Source: Candidatus Brocadia sp. (GTDB taxonomy: Bacteria; Planctomycetota; Brocadiia; Brocadiales; Brocadiaceae). Taken from it: a stretch of 32,000 nucleotides of DNA. This document shows, in pieces, positions 28,477-32,000 of the stretch; the stretch's first letter is position 1; each line of letters begins with the position of its first letter. The position numbers and the translations under genes are program-made. The stretch spans positions 60,001 to 92,000 of the forward strand of contig CP091279.1 in the NCBI GenBank assembly GCA_021650915.1, read 5' to 3'. The notes below the pieces were generated by a model, which did no database searches, was not told the origin of the DNA, and worked only from the letters and a program-made list of their open reading frames with translations.

Positions 28477-29169
28477 ATGTCCCAAATATCATCGTTTCCA
28501 ATCAGCACAGAGCCAGCTATACGGAGCAATCTTTACAAATTATTTTCTCTTGGATTCCGTTATCCTGTTCCGGAGGTTTTCAAGACGTTTCAAAATGGGA
28601 CCTATTTAAAAAACCTGTGGGATAACATAAACGCTCTTCCCCATCTTAAAACGATTCATGTCCAACAGTTTGAATTAAGCGGGAAAGTTCAAGGCAGTCT
28701 GGGGGGGGTTAGCTTCGAAGACTTTGTGATAAAGTACGTCAGTACCTTTGATATTGGAACCCCAGAACCGCCCTGCCCGCCTTATGAAGGATTTTATCGA
28801 TCAGAATCGAGGGCCGCCCTCATGCTCAGCATAAGCAAATTTTATAAACATTTTGACCTGATTATGAGTAAAAAAGAAGGGAGGCGTGAACTTCCCGATT
28901 ATCTTTGTGCAGAGCTGGAATTCCTCCATTTCCTGACCTTTAAAGAGACACAGGCCAAAATTGACGGAAATCCGGAATTTTTGAGGGGGTACCTTCTGGC
29001 GCAAAAAGATTTTCTTGAACGGCACTTGATACAATGGATACCAAAATTTTGCGAATCTCTTCAAAATTCGGCCAGGGTGCCATTTTACGCTTTGCTTGCC
29101 AGGATCACCTCAATGTTTATCACCGGTGAGCTTGAACGGGTAACTTCAAAGGTAACGATGTTCAGCTAA
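28477..29169 (+). CDS. TorD/DdhD-like molybdoenzyme assembly chaperone
   Basis: NLYKLFSLGFRYP, HFDLIMSKKEGRRELPDYLCAELEFLHFLTFKE; fourth gene of the operon. Confidence 0.8.
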   Translation: MSQISSFPISTEPAIRSNLYKLFSLGFRYPVPEVFKTFQNGTYLKNLWDNINALPHLKTIHVQQFELSGKVQGSLGGVSFEDFVIKYVSTFDIGTPEPPCPPYEGFYRSESRAALMLSISKFYKHFDLIMSKKEGRRELPDYLCAELEFLHFLTFKETQAKIDGNPEFLRGYLLAQKDFLERHLIQWIPKFCESLQNSARVPFYALLARITSMFITGELERVTSKVTMFS

Positions 29170-29249
29170 AAATAGGAACGGGGTTGAAACGAATGGTTGG
29201 ATATACAGAGTTGATATTAATGATTTCCGAACTGTTGGAAGGATACACT

Positions 29250-30611
29250 TTAAACTCTTTTCATAGAGATCTTTCCGATAAGCCATAAGCAGCCTATGAT
29301 CACTATGCCACTCATTATATAAGCGCATAAAAACAGATTCTTTCTGATGGTCACTGGTTCACCAGTCAATGAAGTAAATAAACTTGGCTCTGAGACAACG
29401 AGTAACGAGGCACGTACAAATACCCCTGCGATGATAGCGATACAAAAGCCTAATACAAAAGGCTGGAATATACTTGTGTATGGAGGCAAAAACCAGCAGT
29501 CAGCTTGCCGCTGAAAATTTTTGTAATCAATCTCGCTGTTGTTTTTTCTAAACTCCTCCCGGAATGAGATGTACAAACTGTTGTTCTTTTGAAGCGTAGT
29601 CGTAACGGACACCAGCAAACCTGCCATAAGGATAGGAAATACCTTGATGAGATCAGGTAGTTCCGCAGGAATACGTCCAAAGGGTGATTCAAGCGAGCTA
29701 AGCCGGGAATCCAATTTATCTTTGCCTTCTTGCAATTTCGTCATATCATTATTCATCTTATCCAGTTCTTCTTTTTGCGCCCTTACGGCCTCTTTTAACC
29801 TTCCTACGAGCACGTCAGTCTTCTCCGTCAGCAGACCGAATGACTTTTTTACTTCGTGTCGAAGCTCTTGTGCTACATCTACCTTACCCATTGGACCCGA
29901 ATAACTTTTCCAAAAATTCGGGTTTTCCTTTTCAACCCTATCGATATACCTTTGAATATCCATAATTCCTTGCTGCGTTATTTTCTGCAAATCAATGTCT
30001 CCAACCATATCCGATGTTATTTTTGCCTGCATGATTGGTTCCTCGATCTCTTTCCTGATGTCACTAAGCACTTCATGAAACCACGTTTCAATGTACCAGT
30101 GCACACCATCATTAAATGTGGTAATATCAGAGGGCAGGAAAAACTCCCCAATCTTTACAGAGACAGATTGCTGAACATTCGGCGGCATATTAGCGAAAAG
30201 TTGCTGGGTATCAATTGATTGTTGTACAGGGGCAGACCGCTGGGCGTGTGTTGATTGCCCTGATGTGTTAGAAGATGAATCAGAATGAAAGACATTCCAG
30301 AGATCTGACAATATTTCTCTCAGATGTTGCGGAAAACTCTTTATCTTGTTTTCAATGTTAGCCTGACTTGTCCTGATATTTTGGCCGAGGTTTATCATGC
30401 GCTCAGACTGACCAGTTAGTTGATCAAACTGAAATTTCTTTTCCTCTAATGATTTTTTTAACTTTGGTTCTTGCTCTTTATATTCAAAATACGGCTCTAT
30501 CACATAAAAATGGGCAATCAAGGCAAAGAGGATGCCTGCACCAAGAAGACGGTTTACCTTATTTTTACACGACCTCAAATCGTCAAAAAGCACATCAAGC
30601 AATTGCGACAC
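29250..30611 (-). CDS. Uncharacterised membrane protein with large coiled-coil/periplasmic region
   Basis: 453 aa; hydrophobic N-terminal segment LLGAGILFALIAHFYV, central coiled coil KEELDKMNNDMTKLQEGKDKLDSRLSSLE, C-terminal hydrophobic segments. Confidence 0.6.
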   Translation of the reverse strand: MSQLLDVLFDDLRSCKNKVNRLLGAGILFALIAHFYVIEPYFEYKEQEPKLKKSLEEKKFQFDQLTGQSERMINLGQNIRTSQANIENKIKSFPQHLREILSDLWNVFHSDSSSNTSGQSTHAQRSAPVQQSIDTQQLFANMPPNVQQSVSVKIGEFFLPSDITTFNDGVHWYIETWFHEVLSDIRKEIEEPIMQAKITSDMVGDIDLQKITQQGIMDIQRYIDRVEKENPNFWKSYSGPMGKVDVAQELRHEVKKSFGLLTEKTDVLVGRLKEAVRAQKEELDKMNNDMTKLQEGKDKLDSRLSSLESPFGRIPAELPDLIKVFPILMAGLLVSVTTTLQKNNSLYISFREEFRKNNSEIDYKNFQRQADCWFLPPYTSIFQPFVLGFCIAIIAGVFVRASLLVVSEPSLFTSLTGEPVTIRKNLFLCAYIMSGIVIIGCLWLIGKISMKRV

Positions 30612-30655
30612 AGCCTATTCTCCGGATAAAGAAGCGTCCTCAGTTCCATAGTATC

Positions 30656-30772
30656 TATACTCAAGATGCTCATAAAATGTGAATTTTAAATTGATAATAA
30701 GGTGGCATGGACAAACTCTGTTTGTCCGTGCTGAACTACTATAAATCACAAATTGTGAGTCTGTGGAGTATA
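30656..30772. repeat. 117-bp MITE-like element, copy 3
   Basis: TATACTCAAGATGCTCATAAAATGTG..GTGGAGTATA; nearly identical to 9818-9934. Confidence 0.85.
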
Positions 30773-31391
30773 ACAAAAAACATTTTGGTATTATTGGCAA
30801 AAACATGAAGGCGCCCCCTTTTCTCCTCCTGGCTGGTTCAAACTTGTAGTTTGAACCATACGTTTTGCACGTTACCATACATTTTCAACCGGCGCCAATC
30901 TTAGAAAACAGCAAGCGTTTCGCTTCAACCGGGGGGCGATTGAACCAGCCGGGCGCCCTTAAATTCTATACGCCATTGCCTTGCCCTGTGGATAAGACAG
31001 CATTAATCAATCGTAGAATCAAGATATTCTAAGCAAGGCATGACCGCTTCGTCTCTTGTCGAACGGAATCTTGGTCTGACGAACAGCGAACAGCGACCAG
31101 GTAGCCGACAGGGGAGAGCGAAGGTTGTGACAATCAAGGCTGATAATGAGTTAAGGGTTGAGTTGTCCATTCATTATTAGTCGTACGAACAGCCGCCATA
31201 TTTTATGGCCATTTGTACACAATAATACGTTTATAGGTAACGTATTTTGTGACTATTTTGACATATAATAAAGTTCACAAAAACCTTGTTAAAAGTATAC
31301 CGTACTTAGCGAAATATACCAATCTATTTTATTTGCTCGTGACAATGTAGTTTCTGGAAAATCCCCATAAAGGTGATGTTTGCTATACAGT

Positions 31392-31463
31392 GTAGGGGCG
31401 AAGCATTTGCTGTAATTGGCATAAACACTTCTATGCCCAAACGGGCGAATGCTTCGCCCCTGC
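31392..31463. repeat. Palindromic element sharing arms with 11492-11565
   Basis: GTAGGGGCGAAGCATTTGC (31392-31410) / GCGAATGCTTCGCCCCTGC (31445-31463). Confidence 0.75.
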
Positions 31464-31655
31464 TTCAAACAAATCTTTTAAACGAAAAAAAGCAATTCAT
31501 TATTCATATCTGAATTCTTGCTTTTCCCTGTACTATTGCATTAAAATGAAAGAGAATTTGCATTCTTATTGAAAACCAAATACTTTTAATTCCACAAATA
31601 TTCTCCTCCCGGGAGGGGATTGTCTGCCTGTTTTTTTTAGCGCCATTTGACCTCC

Positions 31656-32000
31656 ATGAAAGATTTTCTCCGGCTTCTACAGGAACATAAACAATATAAG
31701 GAAATTACCAGAAATCTCCGGGCAGGAAAGGACTGTGTTGTGAACGGCTTATGGGGATCGTCTGCAATGTTTCTTGCCGCGGCGCTGGCGAACGAACGTT
31801 TAAAGAAGGACAAGGCGGCGCCACATCTGCTTTTGGTGGTATCCCATATTGAAGAGGCCGAAAATGATTTTGAAGACCTGAATACCTTTCTGCCACGCCA
31901 TACAAGCCTTTTCCCGGCGATTGAAGATATGTATGGCGCCGATTTTGCCGATAATGCCGATATCCAGACGCAAAGGATCCAGGTGCTCAACCAGATTCTT
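31656..32000 (+). CDS. mfd: Transcription-repair coupling factor, 5' end (runs off the window)
   Basis: Open frame from ATG 31656: MKDFLRLLQEHKQYKEITRNLRAGKDCVVNGLWGSSAMFLAAALANERLKKDKAAPHLLLVVSHIEEAENDFEDLNTFLPRHTSLFPAIEDMY..., the Mfd N-terminal UvrB-like region. Confidence 0.75.
   Translation, partial: MKDFLRLLQEHKQYKEITRNLRAGKDCVVNGLWGSSAMFLAAALANERLKKDKAAPHLLLVVSHIEEAENDFEDLNTFLPRHTSLFPAIEDMYGADFADNADIQTQRIQVLNQIL

Noticed and set aside
31637-31990. 117-aa minus-strand ORF
   Set aside because: Antisense to the 5' part of mfd on the plus strand.

Overview
Type III-like CRISPR adaptation locus, plus ordinary metabolic genes and a dense population of small palindromic elements. From left to right: (1) the tail of a CRISPR array with 37-nt repeats (about 1-310), degenerate at its right end; (2) a reverse transcriptase-Cas1 fusion (853-3207) and an intact cas2 (3295-3570). 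The RT-Cas1 frame is interrupted by a single in-frame UGA (2839-2841). It lies between the codon for the Cas1 catalytic Glu and the codons for the catalytic His and Asp, and the frame is otherwise open on both sides. The RT YxDD box reads YSDN. (3) bioF, bioB, a conserved hypothetical, mobA; (4) a decayed restriction-modification remnant whose methyltransferase C-terminus is fused to a transposase-like zinc-binding fragment; (5) bacterioferritin, aspartate kinase, a glycine-zipper lipoprotein, a DUF4197-like protein, an RND permease and adaptor, mtfA, and a CLC channel; (6) a four-gene NarG/DdhA-like molybdoenzyme operon (alpha, beta, heme gamma, TorD-like chaperone) with no visible export signals; (7) a coiled-coil membrane protein and the 5' end of mfd. 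At least three families of short non-coding elements with inverted termini recur, some nested or abutting. All family calls are by eye from translated motifs; no searches were run.
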